From contig OX597821.1 of assembly GCA_951406725.2 (NCBI GenBank), positions 32,984,001-33,048,000 of the forward strand: 64,000 nucleotides of DNA. The letters are read 5' to 3'. The translations under genes were made by a program, and so were the position numbers. Positions 38,929 to 53,492 of the stretch are shown piece by piece. How positions within the stretch are numbered: the first letter of the stretch is position 1; each line of letters opens with the position of its first letter. The stretch comes from Octopus vulgaris. Lineage: Eukaryota. Under the pieces are notes generated by a model. It was given only the letters and a program-made list of their open reading frames with translations, had not been told where the DNA came from and made no database searches.

Positions 38929-39812
38929 TGTATGTATGTATGTATGTATGTATGTATATGTGTGTGTGTATGTATGTATGTATGTATGTATGTATGTATG
39001 TATGTATGTATGTATGTATGTATGTATGTATGTATGTATTCAGAGATAAAGATAGACTCTCACTCAAACTTTTACACAGAAATATAAAATGCACAAAAAC
39101 AATATCCAGATATTTTATATTTTATATTTTTATTAAATAAATATTTACCATCGGTGCGATTTCTATTTAACAAAATATAAGTAGAGCAAGAATTTCTTCA
39201 CGAGAAAAACACTTTTAAAACTGGTATTATAAAAAAAAAATATTTATTACAAAAAATTACAAAAAAAATAAACATGAAAATTCAAGATAGCAAATATGTT
39301 AGTAAATAAGTGAAATGTATATAAATATTTTGTTGATACTAAGTTTAAAATGTTGTCAATAATTGGCGTTTTCATTTAGCGGACATGGAAGATACGAAAT
39401 ATATAACATTGACTACTCTTTTGAATCATATAAATAACGCCAAAATGTCTTATTTTGTCGGATCCTGACGAAAATATATATATATAACAACTTCGCCCCA
39501 CAAAGAACTACTGAGTGTCTAGCTTGGATTATAGTGAAGTTGTTGATCTTCACGCCGATAAGGAGAGCAAATGGACGACGCATATAGGCTGTTGGTGAGT
39601 GGCAGAGAACGTTTTCTTAAGGTGTGGAATCAATCGATTCTAGAAGGAAAGAATTTAAGTAGATATATCAAAAGAAAGAAAACAAAATGAAAGAACAAGA
39701 ACAAGAATAACGACAACAACAAAGAGGAAGGAAAGGAGGAGGTGGAGGAGCATGCAGAAGCAATTGTAACGAAGGAGGAGCAGCAATAAAGTAGTAGGTG
39801 GAGCTGCAGCAG

Positions 39813-39813
39813 G

Positions 39814-39879
<66 letters not shown>

Positions 39880-40052
39880 ATGGTGGTGGTGGTGGTGGTG
39901 CAGCAGTGGTGGTAGTAGTAGTAGTAGTAGTAGTTGTAGTAGTGGTGGTGGTGGTGGTAGTAGTAGTGGTGGTGGTGGTGGTGGTGGTGGTGATAGTAGT
40001 AGTAGTAGTAGGAGGAGGAGGAGGAGGAGGAGGAGGAGGAGTAGTAGGAGTA
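39813..40052. repeat. Compound (GTA)n/(GTG)n/(GAG)n microsatellite
   Basis: Directly visible. Confidence 0.95.
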
Positions 40053-40481
40053 GTTGTTCCATAAAACATGAGTAGACGAGCGACATGAAATAGAAGTTCT
40101 CAAATGAACCATGTCTGATATTCCGTTCTCATTACATGTGACTATTACATTTTATATGACTCAGATTACTGAAGCAATCTTTCACACGCTCTTCTCTCGT
40201 AAACTTATCATTTTGTGGCCGGCAATAATACATTTAACGGCAAAGCAAGTGGACACAAACGAGGAATGAATCTCTTAACAGTAAATATTGCTCCATAGTT
40301 TCAATTACGCTTTGTATCCCACCACCACCACCACCCTCTGGAACTTAACCCCTTTTGCCTATTTTTTTGTTTTTGTTTTTCTTTGTTTCCTTGCAATTAA
40401 ATTGTGATTCAGTCTTCATATAAATAAAAGTAGTATTCATCTCTTTAAAAAGAATGAGTCGGACGACAATATTGTCATACG

Positions 40482-40670
40482 ATGGGGAGAGTTTACGAAA
40501 AAAACAAAAGACGAAGACAGGTGGTATACAAAACAAACAGATGTATTAGTATAACGCTCAGGAATAGAAAAAGTCTTTTACGTTTCGAGCCTAAGCTCTT
40601 CTACAGAAAGGGGCACAGAAAAAACAAGGAGAGGAATAAATGTGTGTAGTGGCTAACGATCTATCATGGC
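40482..40670 (-). mobile_element. Short PLE-like element with minimal hammerhead (40575-40610)
   Basis: Reverse strand CUUU-CUGUAGA-A-GAGC-UUAG-GCUC-GAAACGUA-AAAG. Confidence 0.72.
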
Positions 40671-41214
40671 GACTAGTGCCGGACTGGTGGTGCTGGTGCT
40701 GGTGCTGGTGTCATACGATACCTTACTAAGCATTTGTTGTTGTTGTGTTGCTGTTTAGCCTGGAGATCAGTTTTGGTTAAGTAGATATACGAACAAACAC
40801 GTTCCAACCATGTCCATTCGATCATTTTTCTCGGGTATAGTGAATAAAGAACTAGATTAATCAAAGTATCCTCTTTCATGAGAGGTATGACGGAAAGGTA
40901 CAACTCCAAGGAGTTTAGCTGTCACTTCTTAGAAGCATGCGACTGTGTAGAGGCCCTTATTGACACGTTAACTGGTGCCTAGTGGCTGCCGCTAGAGATG
41001 TGTTTGACTAGCTGCAATAATACAATGTGGATACAGCCTGAGAGAATGATAATTTGCAATACACCAATTAAATATTTCCTATCCCTAGCCAACACAATAT
41101 ATCGTATTGTTGTAGTTGTTGCTTAATACCAGATCAGCCTTGATCCAGCAACTATGATCAAAGTTGTTTCCGTCATGACTGACCTATCTTTTCCCCGACA
41201 ATATCATAGATAGG

Positions 41215-41519
41215 GTGGAGGCACATGGCCTAGTGGTTAGAGCAGCAGACTCGCGGTCGAGGGATCGCAGGTTCGGATCTCAGACCGGGCGATGTGTGTG
41301 TTTATGAGCGAAACACCTACGCTCCACGCGGCTCCGGCAGAAGGTAATGGCGAAACTTCTGCTGACTCTTTCGCCACAACTTTCTCTCACTCTTTCCTCC
41401 TGCATCTTGCAGCTCACCTGCGACGGACCGGCGTCCCGTCCAGGTGGTGAACCTATACGCAAGGAAACCGGGAAACCGGCCCTTATGAGCCAGGCATGGC
41501 TCGAGAAGGAACAAACAAC
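41215..41519 (+). mobile_element. SINE family B, tail type 1 variant
   Basis: tggcctagtggttagagcagcagactcgcgg...ggttcggatctc; gcgacggaccggcgtcccgtccagg; ggaaaccgggaaaccgg. Confidence 0.88.
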
Positions 41520-41994
41520 TGTTCGTCCCAAAGGATGAAACAACAGCAACAACAAAACCGTATATAGGACTACGTTATTCAATGAGTACTTTATTAAGAC
41601 AATAAAATGTTATTTGTGAGAGATTTAGCTGCTATGTCTAACAAATTACGCTATCGCATATGCGCATATGGGCAATTTTGCTTGATCGTAAATTACTGCT
41701 GCTGCTGCTACTACTACAGGCTGCTGCCACTATTGCTACTACTGCTGTGGTTGCTGATGTTACTGCCTGCTGCTGCTACTGTCGTTATTTAAAACCAGGT
41801 GAGCTTCCGATCAAGTAGACCCATGACCGAAGATATCCCAGCGTAGGCAACCTAGTTTCTATGTATATCTACGAATACTTTGTCTATTATGCCTTTCCCC
41901 CGTTTATGACGCAATGGTGCGATTCGAGGTTCTGCAGATGGAGAAGAGGATTCCTGTTTGTAAAGATACCCTCATGCTTTAAAACGATAAACAT

Positions 41995-42412
41995 GCGCAG
42001 ATGTGGCTGTGTGGTATGTAGCTTGCTTACCAAACTCATGGTTCCGGGTTCATTCTCACTGCGTGGCACCTTGGGCAAGTGTCTTCTACTATAGCCTCGG
42101 GCCGACCAAAGCCTTGTGAAAGGATTCGGTAGACGGAAACTGAAAGAAGTCCGTCAGATAAGTGTGTATAAATGTATGTGTTTGTGTTTGTATGTCTGTG
42201 TTTGTCCCTCCCCCCCTCAACATCGCTTGACAACCGATGCTGGTGTGTTTACGTCCCCGTAACATAGCGGTTCAGCAAAAGAGACCGATAGAACAAGTAC
42301 TAGGCTTACAAAGAATAAGTCCTGGGGTCGATTTGCTCGACTAAAGGCGGTGCTCCAGCATGGCCGCAGTCAAACATGACTGAAACATGTAAAAGAGTAA
42401 AAGAGAAAAGAG
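41995..42412 (+). mobile_element. SINE family A, full length
   Basis: Matches 3329-3720. Confidence 0.92.
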
Positions 42413-43532
42413 CTCAATGTACCATTATCGAGGTCTATTCGTATTCGTTTTGTTACACAGTTGTTTGTCAACAACGATATCTTAGTCGCGTGTTTCTAAA
42501 GGCGAAGCTTTGTAATATTAATAACGACTTTTGGGGAGAAACTCCTTATTAAGATGTAGAGGTTAGGTTGTTTTTGAAAATTCTAGAGGTTTTGCCGTTT
42601 GGGAGAAAAATTCAAACCAAATGGTAGCTATATAAATGAATGGTTTTAGTAGTACACATGACGCCAAATTATTTTTGATCCAAATTGTGGGCTTAATGGG
42701 AAATCTGTATGATAATTAATCTCCAATCTCGTAATAGTGTAAGCTTTATGTGCATTTAGTTGACATGAATTAATGGATTAAATTAAATGTAAATGAGGTT
42801 TAAATCAATATAAAAAGCACTATTTTATCTGACAGTATAAACTTTTATATTTGATCATTAATTACAATAACACGACAAAAACATGACAGGCAGAGATTTA
42901 TAACCATGATAATAACATCAATTGATGCAAACGTTGTAGTACATTATTACAAATCATTACGCAAAAGCGGTGATATTTAGAATATTTTCCACAAGGAAAA
43001 TGTAGTCCATTTGATTTTTAGAACAGTAACAGAAACGATAGAAAAATGAATTAAATACCATACAGTATTGATTATGTCCCTTTACATTCTAAATTAAAGC
43101 TCATCGTGGCTTACTTTTGTAATACATCCTGCTGGGGTCAAAAGAATAATGAATCTAGAAGTCAGGTATCAAAATTGTTTAAATTGACATTATTTTCTCT
43201 AGTTGCAAAAAGTGTTATTTATAGCATCGTGGGGCGTGCACTGTGCAATGGGTTGGAATATCCAGAACTAACTCGACGCATCATTATGTTTCTGATTAGA
43301 AACATCAAGGAAATCACTGACTTTTTTGTTTCATCTCTGACCCTCTGCCGCCCTTTGCAATAATGAAAATGTCTGCTTTGGCGAAAGAAATCAGTTTTCA
43401 CAACTACTACTGTTCACCATAGTACGGATGTATATATTTGGCCAGCAACTGAATCAACAATTATGTCTTGACCCACAGATTGAACCGTTCGCAACATCTA
43501 TGAAACATTTTGTCACTTCTGTGTAATCTGAG

Positions 43533-43856
43533 TGGAGGCGTAATGGTCCAGTGTTTAGGGAGCGGACTCGAGGTATGAGTATCGCGGTTTCGATTCCCAG
43601 ACCGGGCGTTGTGTGTGTTTATTGAGCGAAAACACCTAAAAGCTCCACGAGGCTCTGGCAGGAGGTGGTGGCGACCCCTGTTGTACTCTTTCGCCCCAAC
43701 TTTCTCTCACTCTTTCTTCCTGTTTCTTGAGTAACGCTGCGATGGACTGGCGTCCCGTCCAGCTACCGGGGAGAGGGACACATACGCCACAGAAACCGGG
43801 AAACCGGGCCCATGAGCCTGGCTAGGCTTGAAAAGGGCGCAAAAAAAAAATTAAAA
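43533..43856 (+). mobile_element. SINE family B with A-tail and target-site duplication
   Basis: TSD tgtaatctgagtg at 43522 and 43857. Confidence 0.92.
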
Positions 43857-44218
43857 TGTAATCTGAGTGTTTGGACTAATGTAAAACATAATTCCAATAT
43901 CAATTTCATCGGATTGGATTGGTCGATATTTCTGGCTGCAGAGGGCGAGGTACAATAGAGTATAAGATCACGGGTAGCCGATATTTTCAACGATCACCTG
44001 CAATAACTTCATTTTCCCTAAAGCTGTTAATACATTGGAAAATTCTAAAACGTCACGCTGCATTTCCTCGAAATCCGAATTTGTGTAGACAGCAGAACAC
44101 TGAATTAAATGCATTCGTCTAAATAGCTTTGCCTTTCAACTGTGTGTTCATCCTACTAGAGTTGACTGCATGTCAACTAATACATCCCTGGTCCAGCTGT
44201 CACAAACAAATTGAAGAC

Positions 44219-44583
44219 CAGTGCTTCTCAAACTTGTTTAACAATCGCCACCCCATTTTCTTTTACAAGCACTTTTTCAATGCCTCCTTCTTACGATTCA
44301 ACACCACACTCTACTTTTAATGAAATAGACTAAAATAGTTTAGCCTTCGGTACTACATTGACATAGGTGACTACTTATCATATCATCCCTCTATACAATA
44401 TATATAGGTGATATCTACTCGGGTGTGTGTGTTTACTACTTCCCATTTCGAAATTAAAATTAATATATTCATATAGGTGATAAAAATTCATTAAAACTGT
44501 GCAGATGCATCAATCAACAACAACGCTGCTCCTTTTATTTTCAGCACTCATAAATTTTCCACCGCCCAATTTGAGAATCGTTG
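44219..44583. mobile_element. hAT-type MITE
   Basis: TIR cagtgcttctcaaact / aatttgagaatcgttg; 8-bp TSD ttgaagac / ctgaagac. Confidence 0.7.
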
Positions 44584-44608
44584 CTGAAGACAATCCAGTA
44601 GATTTTGC

Positions 44609-45071
44609 AGATCTTTTCGGTTTGAACGGCAGTTTTTTCTAGCGGTGTCTTATGAAATTGTCACCCATAATTATGACCCTAGTATCGATCTATTGCATTT
44701 CAATCTGTTTTAGGGTTAGGGTTAGTTAGGATTAGTTAGGGTTAGTTAGGGTAAGTTAGGGTTAAGGTTAGGGGTGGGGGGAAGGGTATCTTTTTTTCTT
44801 CACAAATGTAAATAAACCCAATCTGTTTCTTAAATGAGAGACATATTCATACGGTACAGAATGTTTTCACCTCAATTGACGGTCATTGATTGGTTGAAAT
44901 TGCCGAAATGCAAGAAATTAAAGACCAAATATCTTACAAACTATAGAATTTTCTCAATAAAGCCAAGAGAAAAAGATGTTTTATAAACACATTCTACCAG
45001 TATACGAAGTTTAAAATTTTTTAGTTACCTAGAAATTATGTTAAAAACTGCCGTTCAAACCGAAAAGATCC
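44609..45071 (+). mobile_element. MITE with internal TTAGGG-type repeats
   Basis: 27-bp perfect TIR gatcttttcggtttgaacggcagtttt; 8-bp TSD gattttgc; telomere-like tract 44710-44786. Confidence 0.9.
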
Positions 45072-46274
45072 GATTTTGCCACCTCTTTCTCATGTTAGAG
45101 TGCAGTCATACACAACCTTAAAAAAAAAAGAGAACTTATTCACTGCTCGAACGCCTTTGATTATAGATCTACTCATTCAAAGTTGACTGGAGGTTTAACA
45201 GCAACGAACACAGTGTCGTCTGCAGATTTGAAATTGAGAGTATTCGTTTCAATTAATTTGATGGCCGGGGATAAAAAAAAAAAAAAAAAAGAATCTTTGC
45301 CGCTGTTACTAACTTAGTCTAACTGGATGTAAACAGATGTCTGAAATAGAAGCAATTCACCGATATAAAAAGAGCAGTTTTGTTAGATTCAGTTAAAGCT
45401 GTCCTATGTATAAAGATAAAATTGTAGTCCGTTCCACGTCAAACTTATTACGTGCAGGCATACAACTCGAAGACGTCGTTCTTAATATATTACAAGAAAT
45501 TATACGACTATAACTTATTCACAATCGTGTCATTCGTAAAGGGTATTTTTATGAATATTGCTTCATCGAAATTAAGGGTAACTTCAAAATCTTCTTGATT
45601 GATATAATTTGCTGAGAACGAATATAAATGAATATGCTGTTTAGACTGATTGATCTGAGAAAATAAGAAAGAGACACTTCAATTTCCTCACTGGAATTTT
45701 ATTCTAAATATATTCGCGAAATTTCCCACGGCTTTAAAAGCATTTCATATATTCAACTCACCAATTGTCACTCTCTATTTCAAATAAGTTAATAATAATC
45801 TCATTTACATTGCCTTTGCACACATCGCATTCACATTCAAAACCATTCTTACTTTCTTACCCCTTCTCACCCACATAGTCACTCACTTTTACTACATTTT
45901 ATGCACATACACACGCACACACACACACACACACACACATACACTCATAAGCATGTATGTATGTATGTATGTATGTATGTATGTATGTATGTATGTATGT
46001 ATGTACGTATGATGTATGTAAATATAGAAATATACATGTTAATGTTTATATATATATATATATATATCAATGTGTATAAGAGTCTGAGTATGTATATATA
46101 TATATATATTTATACACACATACACAAGCACATATATATACATATACATACATATATAGATATATATATAAATATATATATAGATAGATATATATATTTA
46201 TATATATATTTACATATATATACATATATATACATATATATATATATGTGTGTGTGTATATATATATGTATATA

Positions 46275-46345
<71 letters not shown>

Positions 46346-47038
46346 CATATATCTACATATATACATATGTACATTTATGCTTGTACGTGTATGTATGTAA
46401 ATTTATATGAATAAATATAAATCATTTCTCAATTCTCTCTCTCTCCCTCCCTCCCTCTCTCTCTCTCTCTCACTCACTCTCTCGTCCTCTCTCTCTTTCC
46501 CAGTCATTCATTCACCCGTTCTTTATCTACATACGTGTATATATGTACGGACACACGCATCCTCAACTTTATATCAGTTGTAGACTACGTATATGTATAC
46601 ACTAATAACGTACATTTATACATGCATATATATATATATATATAGATATTATACAGATATATATATATGCATATATATATATATATATATACATACATAT
46701 ATATATATATATATATACATATATATATTATACAGATGTATATATATGCATATATATATATATATATTTATATATATATTTATATGCATATATATATATA
46801 TACATATATATATATGCATATATATATATATACATATATATATACATATATGTATATATATACATACATATATATATACATATATGTATATATATATATA
46901 TGTATATATATATATGTATGTATATATATATATATATATATACATATATATATACACACACACACATATATATATATATATATGCATATTTATATATATA
47001 TATATATATATACATATATACATATATATGCATATATA

Positions 47039-47154
<116 letters not shown>

Positions 47155-47484
47155 CGTAGGCATTATATGTGTGTGTGAGTGTGTGTGTAATTTCATTTAT
47201 TTAATGATGTAGGTAAGCGTGTGTGTGTATGTGCGTTTATTTATACGCTCCCATCATTTACTGCCTCTGACTTTCCGTTACGTCGGTCATCAACCACCAA
47301 CATCACACACACGTCGACCCTCTTCGCGAGTTTCTTTTATGCGTTCTATCATTATTTAATACTTCAAATCTTCGATGACAAAAACGCTTTTCCATTAAGT
47401 TCAATGTCAATAGAAGTAATCATGTTGTATAATGGCATTTTCCCATATTTTTCAAATACTTTCAGTTGCAATCAACGTTTATAT

Positions 47485-47534
<50 letters not shown>

Positions 47535-47713
47535 AGGGAGAGAGAGAGAGAAAGATAGATATGTGTGTGTATACATATACATATATATACGTATGTATAT
47601 TTATATATACGTATATGCATATATAGATATGTACTTGTGCGTATATATATATCCATGTGTATTCATATGTATATGTGTGTATATGTATGTATATTCATAT
47701 GCATGTGTATGTG

Positions 47714-47748
<35 letters not shown>

Positions 47749-47861
47749 TACAAATGAAAATGAATTTATACGAATAAAAATAGTGTACTCAACACGCGTG
47801 TAGTTATATTATATATACACACTCACACGCATGTATGTATATGTATGTATATACATTATAG

Positions 47862-47920
<59 letters not shown>

Positions 47921-48299
47921 AAGATGGACTCTGCCGCTAGTTTTAAACGTCTGACCATACAATCGTTCGATCAAATGAACAACCAACTGATCGAATTAGC
48001 GTCCGAAGTGACTGAGTATTCCGTAAACACGTGTACCATTAATGAAATTCTGAAGTGGATTCAATAGAACAGGGTTTTACCTTTGAATTACAAGTACAGT
48101 AAATCCGATGGGTTCCTATGCTGTTTCCATCGGCTCAATTTCGTCTACAAGGATTAAGTTCACCCAAGACTATAGTATAAACATTTTCTCGTCGTACCAA
48201 GCTATGGCACCGAACCCGTCAGTGCTTTCTCAAAGTCCAGTGCATCCAAAATGCAATATATTGGGAAGTTGATAACGAAGTCTATGAATGTCGGTTTCT

Positions 48300-48900
48300 A
48301 ATATGGTATCGTTTTCCTCAACCCATTTTTATATTGTGTTACGGTCTTCTGGCACCGTCGGGGCTCCTGCTTGTCTTTGATACTTTTTGCATCATCTGCG
48401 CATGTAATATGAGTCAGCCCGTGTTCGTGTTACCGAAAGCATACCTGAGATTGCAATTACAACAGGAATTGATTCATGTTTGTTTCTGCAGTTCTTTCTC
48501 GCTGTCCTCTGAAACAGTACCATCGGCTACAACAGCGTGACTTCTGTTCTTTTAAAAGCCATACAGCCAATCTCTTTTCCAACTATGCCGAAATCACATA
48601 GCCTGTGAATATCGATCTTTCCCTGATCAACTTTCCCGGAGATCTTCGCAAAGCATGCATATATCACCTCAACAATTAAATGGTTTAGCTACTGTTTCCG
48701 TGCCCTGCTGTAATGATGTTCAAGTAGTCTGAGTCAGTATCTATTTATATGGAGACCCTAACAAGAATTGGTTAGCAAGTCATTTTGCTCTAAGAACATA
48801 AGCTTCCTTGTGATAATACGTTCCATGAATTTGCTGAGACGTAAAGTCATAGAAACAGATTTATAAGTTTTAGCATCTGCTCTATTTCTCTCCCATGAAT
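48300..48900 (-). pseudogene. Decayed CR1-type reverse transcriptase
   Basis: Reverse strand IYACFAKISGKVDQG...FGIVGK (compare IYLDFAKAFDKVDHG) and CADDAK (compare YADDTK). Confidence 0.6.
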
Positions 48901-50140
48901 AAAAGACATTGCAAGAATGAAGGGGGAGCTTAAACATAAAGAAAACATTTGAAAAGTATTTAAGTATTTTGTCCTTTATCTCTAGTTTTTTAACATGTTT
49001 ACAAAGAAATGTCAGCAGCCTATTATGGCCCTTATTGCTTAGTTTAAGTTGGGTCTATCTATGGACAATATTACACCCTCCTTTACATCGATGAGCCGAG
49101 AGTTGTTACTCCTCAATGAAGAATTGCAATGTCAAAGATCTAATCTAATTTATTTCCTTACATACGTCTCATCGATGTAATAGATGCAATTTTAAATTGT
49201 TTATTCATTATATCACTTATCCTTTTGTAGTCTACAGTCATTGAACTCCTTCCTTAGAACAAAGGTCCTATTTTTTAAAGCAATGAAGCTGATTCATGGC
49301 GAATTTATAGGAAATTTAAGGGTTCGTTTATACGTTTTTAATAACGCTAGTATTTTTATCAGCTTTCTCTCTCCTTCTATCTGCCCCCCTCTCTCTCTCT
49401 CTCTCTCCCTCACTCACACACACACACACACACACACACACATTACATCTCTCTCTCCTTCTCCTGGAAGTAATTTTATTTTATTACTGATCTCTGAAAG
49501 CGTTCTTTTTAAGTAGAATTTTTCGCAGTCTGTGATTTGTTCAACTAAATGCTTTGGGGGAAACCTTTGTTCTTAAAGTCATCAGCATTTTCGTGAATGC
49601 TGGCCTATCTCTCTGGAACAAATTTAATGCACATGGCTTGCATTATTAACATAAATTACTTTAGTTTCATGTCATTGCCATGGATAGTGAGATTACAGAG
49701 TTAGCCTTCCTAGAGATTTTTTTTTGCAATCGATTTCCAGTGAGCCTAACGGAGAGAAGAGGTTGGACAGAATTTCAATGGTTCTACCGAGGTGCAAAGC
49801 GACAGCATCCTTTGTACCTTATATTATTAATTCCGTTTTTGTTATGGGCAAAAGAAGTTGGCTTCACTTGCACATTGTAGATGAGTTCTGGTGTTATTAG
49901 TAAATACAGATCTAAAATGTCATTACCACACATGCACAAACACCCAGGGTTGAGGAAATATTTTTTGTACCTTGGCCAGCATGAATCTAAGAGTATGCTT
50001 GTATCACCGGAACATTATGGTTACATCAGCAATTCAACTCTAAGTATACACACAAAATTTCCTCTTTATGTATATAATGGATTTTCAGTTACGTAGACAC
50101 TCTAGACGACTTCTTTGTAATTGATTAACATATATATATA

Positions 50141-50303
50141 TGTTAATCAATTACGCTCAGGATGCTCAGGATGCTCAGGAAAGAAGGAGGGTTTAACGTT
50201 TCGAACGGAGCTCTTCGTCGGAAACATAGGAGAAGGAAAGATCCAGAGAAGGGAAGACAGAGGGAACAAATCGCCAACGGTACACACACGGTCACATTTT
50301 TGG
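50141..50303 (-). mobile_element. Related short PLE-like element with minimal hammerhead variant (50191-50225), flanked by (TA)n
   Basis: Reverse strand GUUU-CCGACGA-A-GAGC-UCC-GUUC-GAAACGUU-AAAC; shares cctgagc downstream with the 4694 family. Confidence 0.65.
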
Positions 50304-50949
50304 TATATATATATATATATATATATATAGTGTCCTATTTTCTTGGAAGAAGGTAGAAGTACTGCTGTACTAATAAGGCCCATTGAGGCAGAAACTCATG
50401 GAAACGGCCGTCCTCTTATCTCCAAATAATCAGACTATCTTTTCCTTGATGACATGTCAGTCAGTTTTGAAAAATTCTTGGTTTTTTTACATTATTTCCT
50501 ACCATCCCCGAAAGCAAGGATAATTTCGATAAGTTATATATTGTTGTGTGGTATTTAATGTATTTATTGTTCAAATACACAAGCCATTCTGAGTTCTCTT
50601 CGCTCATGTTCTCTTCATTTACTCTACTGAAGTGCCGCAATTGTAATAAGCTGCATATAGCACGGAAGTTGTGCATATGACGTGCACTCAGTTGTAATAA
50701 GTTGCGTGTGGCTCCGAAACCAACCTTGAGGAATTTTCAAACTTGTTTCTATAACGTTTGGGCAATGCTGATGTGATATTTTCTACATTGTATAAATTGA
50801 TGGGAAGCAAACCTCTTAACTATACAGCCACGTTGCACCAATTTGTTTATCTATTTGTTTAATTGATTGTTTGTAAATTAATTTTTGTGTTTGGCCTTTG
50901 AATTGCTTCAATTCTCATAATGATTTATTTACTATAGCAAAAAAAAGAC

Positions 50950-51810
50950 AATGTAGAGAATAAAGCTATAATGTCATCTGGATCTGTTGACAAGAAGATT
51001 CTGAGGATCCAAAAGCTAGAACCTGCAGTGTGTATTGCTGAAGTGGGCACTCCAGTTTAGATTACCGTCGGTAGCTACACCAAATCTCTAATAATAATTT
51101 ACTCTGAGATGCACTCCTGTGGAGAAAGAATACAGTTAAGTACACTCCCTTTTCCACACTAAAGGAGCTAATTTTTTCTTAATTTAGCTGTATATTTTAT
51201 TGTATTTCGCTGCTGATTTTTTTTTTCGCCTATTAAATGACAGCGTCTAGACCAGACTGAAGTTCTGACTTTTTCCTACAGTTTTGAGAACTTTTCCATG
51301 CATAGAGTCATCTGGAATGAAATATGAACTGAAGGCGGCGAGCTGGCAGAAACGTTAGCACGCCGGGCGAAATGCTTAGCGGTATTTTGTCTACCGCTAC
51401 GTTCTGAGTTCAAATTCCACCGCGGTCGACTTTGCCTTTCATCCTTTCGGGGTCGATTAAATAAGTACCAGTTACGCACTGGGTCGATATAATCGAGTTA
51501 ATCCGTTTGTCTGTCCTTGTTTGTTCTCTCTGTGTGTAGCCACTCGTGGGCAGTAAAGAAATAAGAAATTATGAAGTGAAGAGAAGCAGACCCAAAAACT
51601 GCACCTTGAAGTACACCACTAATAACTTTTGTTGGGTTGTAGTAAATTACGTTGATCACAGTGTGTTGACTTCTTTTTACTAGAAAACAATCCGGTCACT
51701 TTCCGGTGACTCAAATATTAGATAGTTATTTTTCAACAGTATGTAGTTGTCGATTCTATCAAAGTCCTTTCTGGAATCAAGTTATATATCTGCGCTAGAG
51801 CTCTCTCTTC

Positions 51811-51871
<61 letters not shown>

Positions 51872-52400
51872 GCATTTAAAATGTCATCAAAGCAGGATAT
51901 AAACTAAGCAATCTCTACTATCATGGAAGCCATGCTGGTTGACATTTTGAAGATTGTTGCTCTACGGGATTTCATTTATTCATAAAGTTATTTATTCTTG
52001 ATCTCAGCATCCTCTCAAATAATTTGATGATATGAGAGATAAGTGAGATTGGGCGATAATTTTATGCAAGTGACTTGTTTCGTTATTTGAAAACTGACAT
52101 GGCAGACTCAAATAGAAAATGTTCAGGTACATAACTTAGCACCAGTGATTTCCCCCTGAGATTAGCTACAGGGGATACTAGTTGTTGTTGGAACTCCTTC
52201 CGAGCACACATGATGAATCTAATGGGACCCACTCCTGAGTTGTGTTCAATTTCATTTATCGTCGCTAAGACGTTCGAAATGCTGAAAATTATGCGCTGCA
52301 TTTAACTGGAAAGAGACGTTTATGAGATACTTTGTGATGAAAGCTATATAGAATCATTAGCTGGGGCAAAGGGTTAGCTTTGCATTGCAGTCCATTAGCA
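50950..52400 (-). pseudogene. Decayed CR1-type RT interrupted by a SINE and (CT)n
   Basis: YRPISLISHIIKL, QHGF, LDSRKDFDRI, SGVLQGAVFG, PDD, and RDL..NLNWSAH in collinear order. Confidence 0.7.
51333..51564 (+). mobile_element. SINE family C monomer with TSD
   Basis: Flanked by gaaatatgaactgaa / gaaattatgaagtgaa. Confidence 0.9.
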
Positions 52401-53025
52401 ATCATTGATCTTACTCGTTACTGAGCCGATTTTTATCACATACATAAGCACGCACGCGTGCACACTCACACATATGCACACACACTCACACACATGTATA
52501 TATTTATACACACAAGCATATATACATATGTGTTCCTCTCTTTCCTCCTCCCCCCTCACTCCCTCATCTCATCTCATCTCTCCCCTCCCCCTCATCTCTC
52601 CTCCCTCCTCATCCCCTCTCCCCCTCACCTCTCCCCCTCGTCTCCTCTCTCCCCTCCCCCTCATCTCTCTTCCCTCCTCCACTCCTCTCTCTTCTCTCCC
52701 CCTTTCACTCTCCCCACAACCCTCACTCTACCCCAACCCCCAGCCGAACCCACACCCCACATGGGCTTTCCCCACCTCCCCACCTCCCCACAACATCACA
52801 CCACACTACACTACACTACACCATACGACACTACACTACACCATACGACATTACACATCACATCATACATACATACACACGTCCAGACCTTTCATACGCA
52901 CATACATACTCTCTCATACACACACGCACCCTTATGTTGGGGCGAGGTCATTTGACCCTGTTATCTCCCCTACTATCCCTCTTGCGTCTAACGTCTGATC
53001 TCTGACTTCTGGCCGAAATCAGACC

Positions 53026-53237
53026 GCCATGTTGAATCGTTAGCTCCTGCACGCATTTTTTTCTCTCCTTGTTTCTCTCCGTGTTTCTTTTCTGTGTATT
53101 TTTCTGTTGAAGAGCGTAGGCTCGGAAATGTAAAAGACTTGTTTTATTTCTATTCCTGAGCGCCATACTAATACAATTGTTTGTTTGTACTCCACCTGCC
53201 TTCGTCTTTTGTTTATTTTCGTAAAGCTTCCCGTTAT
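53026..53237 (+). mobile_element. Short PLE-like element with degenerate minimal hammerhead (53100-53136); may extend 5' into the C-rich tract from ~52530
   Basis: UUU-CUGUUGA-A-GAGC-GUAG-GCUC-GGAAAUGUA-AAAG; reverse-complement homolog of 4694-4880. Confidence 0.7.
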
Positions 53238-53262
53238 ATGAATATATATATACATGTGTGTG

Positions 53263-53354
<92 letters not shown>

Positions 53355-53360
53355 AGTGTG

Positions 53361-53439
<79 letters not shown>

Positions 53440-53457
53440 GTGTGTGCGTGTGTGTAT

Positions 53458-53489
<32 letters not shown>

Positions 53490-53492
53490 GAA

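Noticed and set aside
41217-41290. tRNA gene
   Set aside because: A and B boxes are present, but it continues into a SINE body repeated many times and does not give a complete cloverleaf.
44710-44786. True telomere or chromosome fusion site
   Set aside because: It lies inside a TIR/TSD-bounded element that has a second copy in the window.
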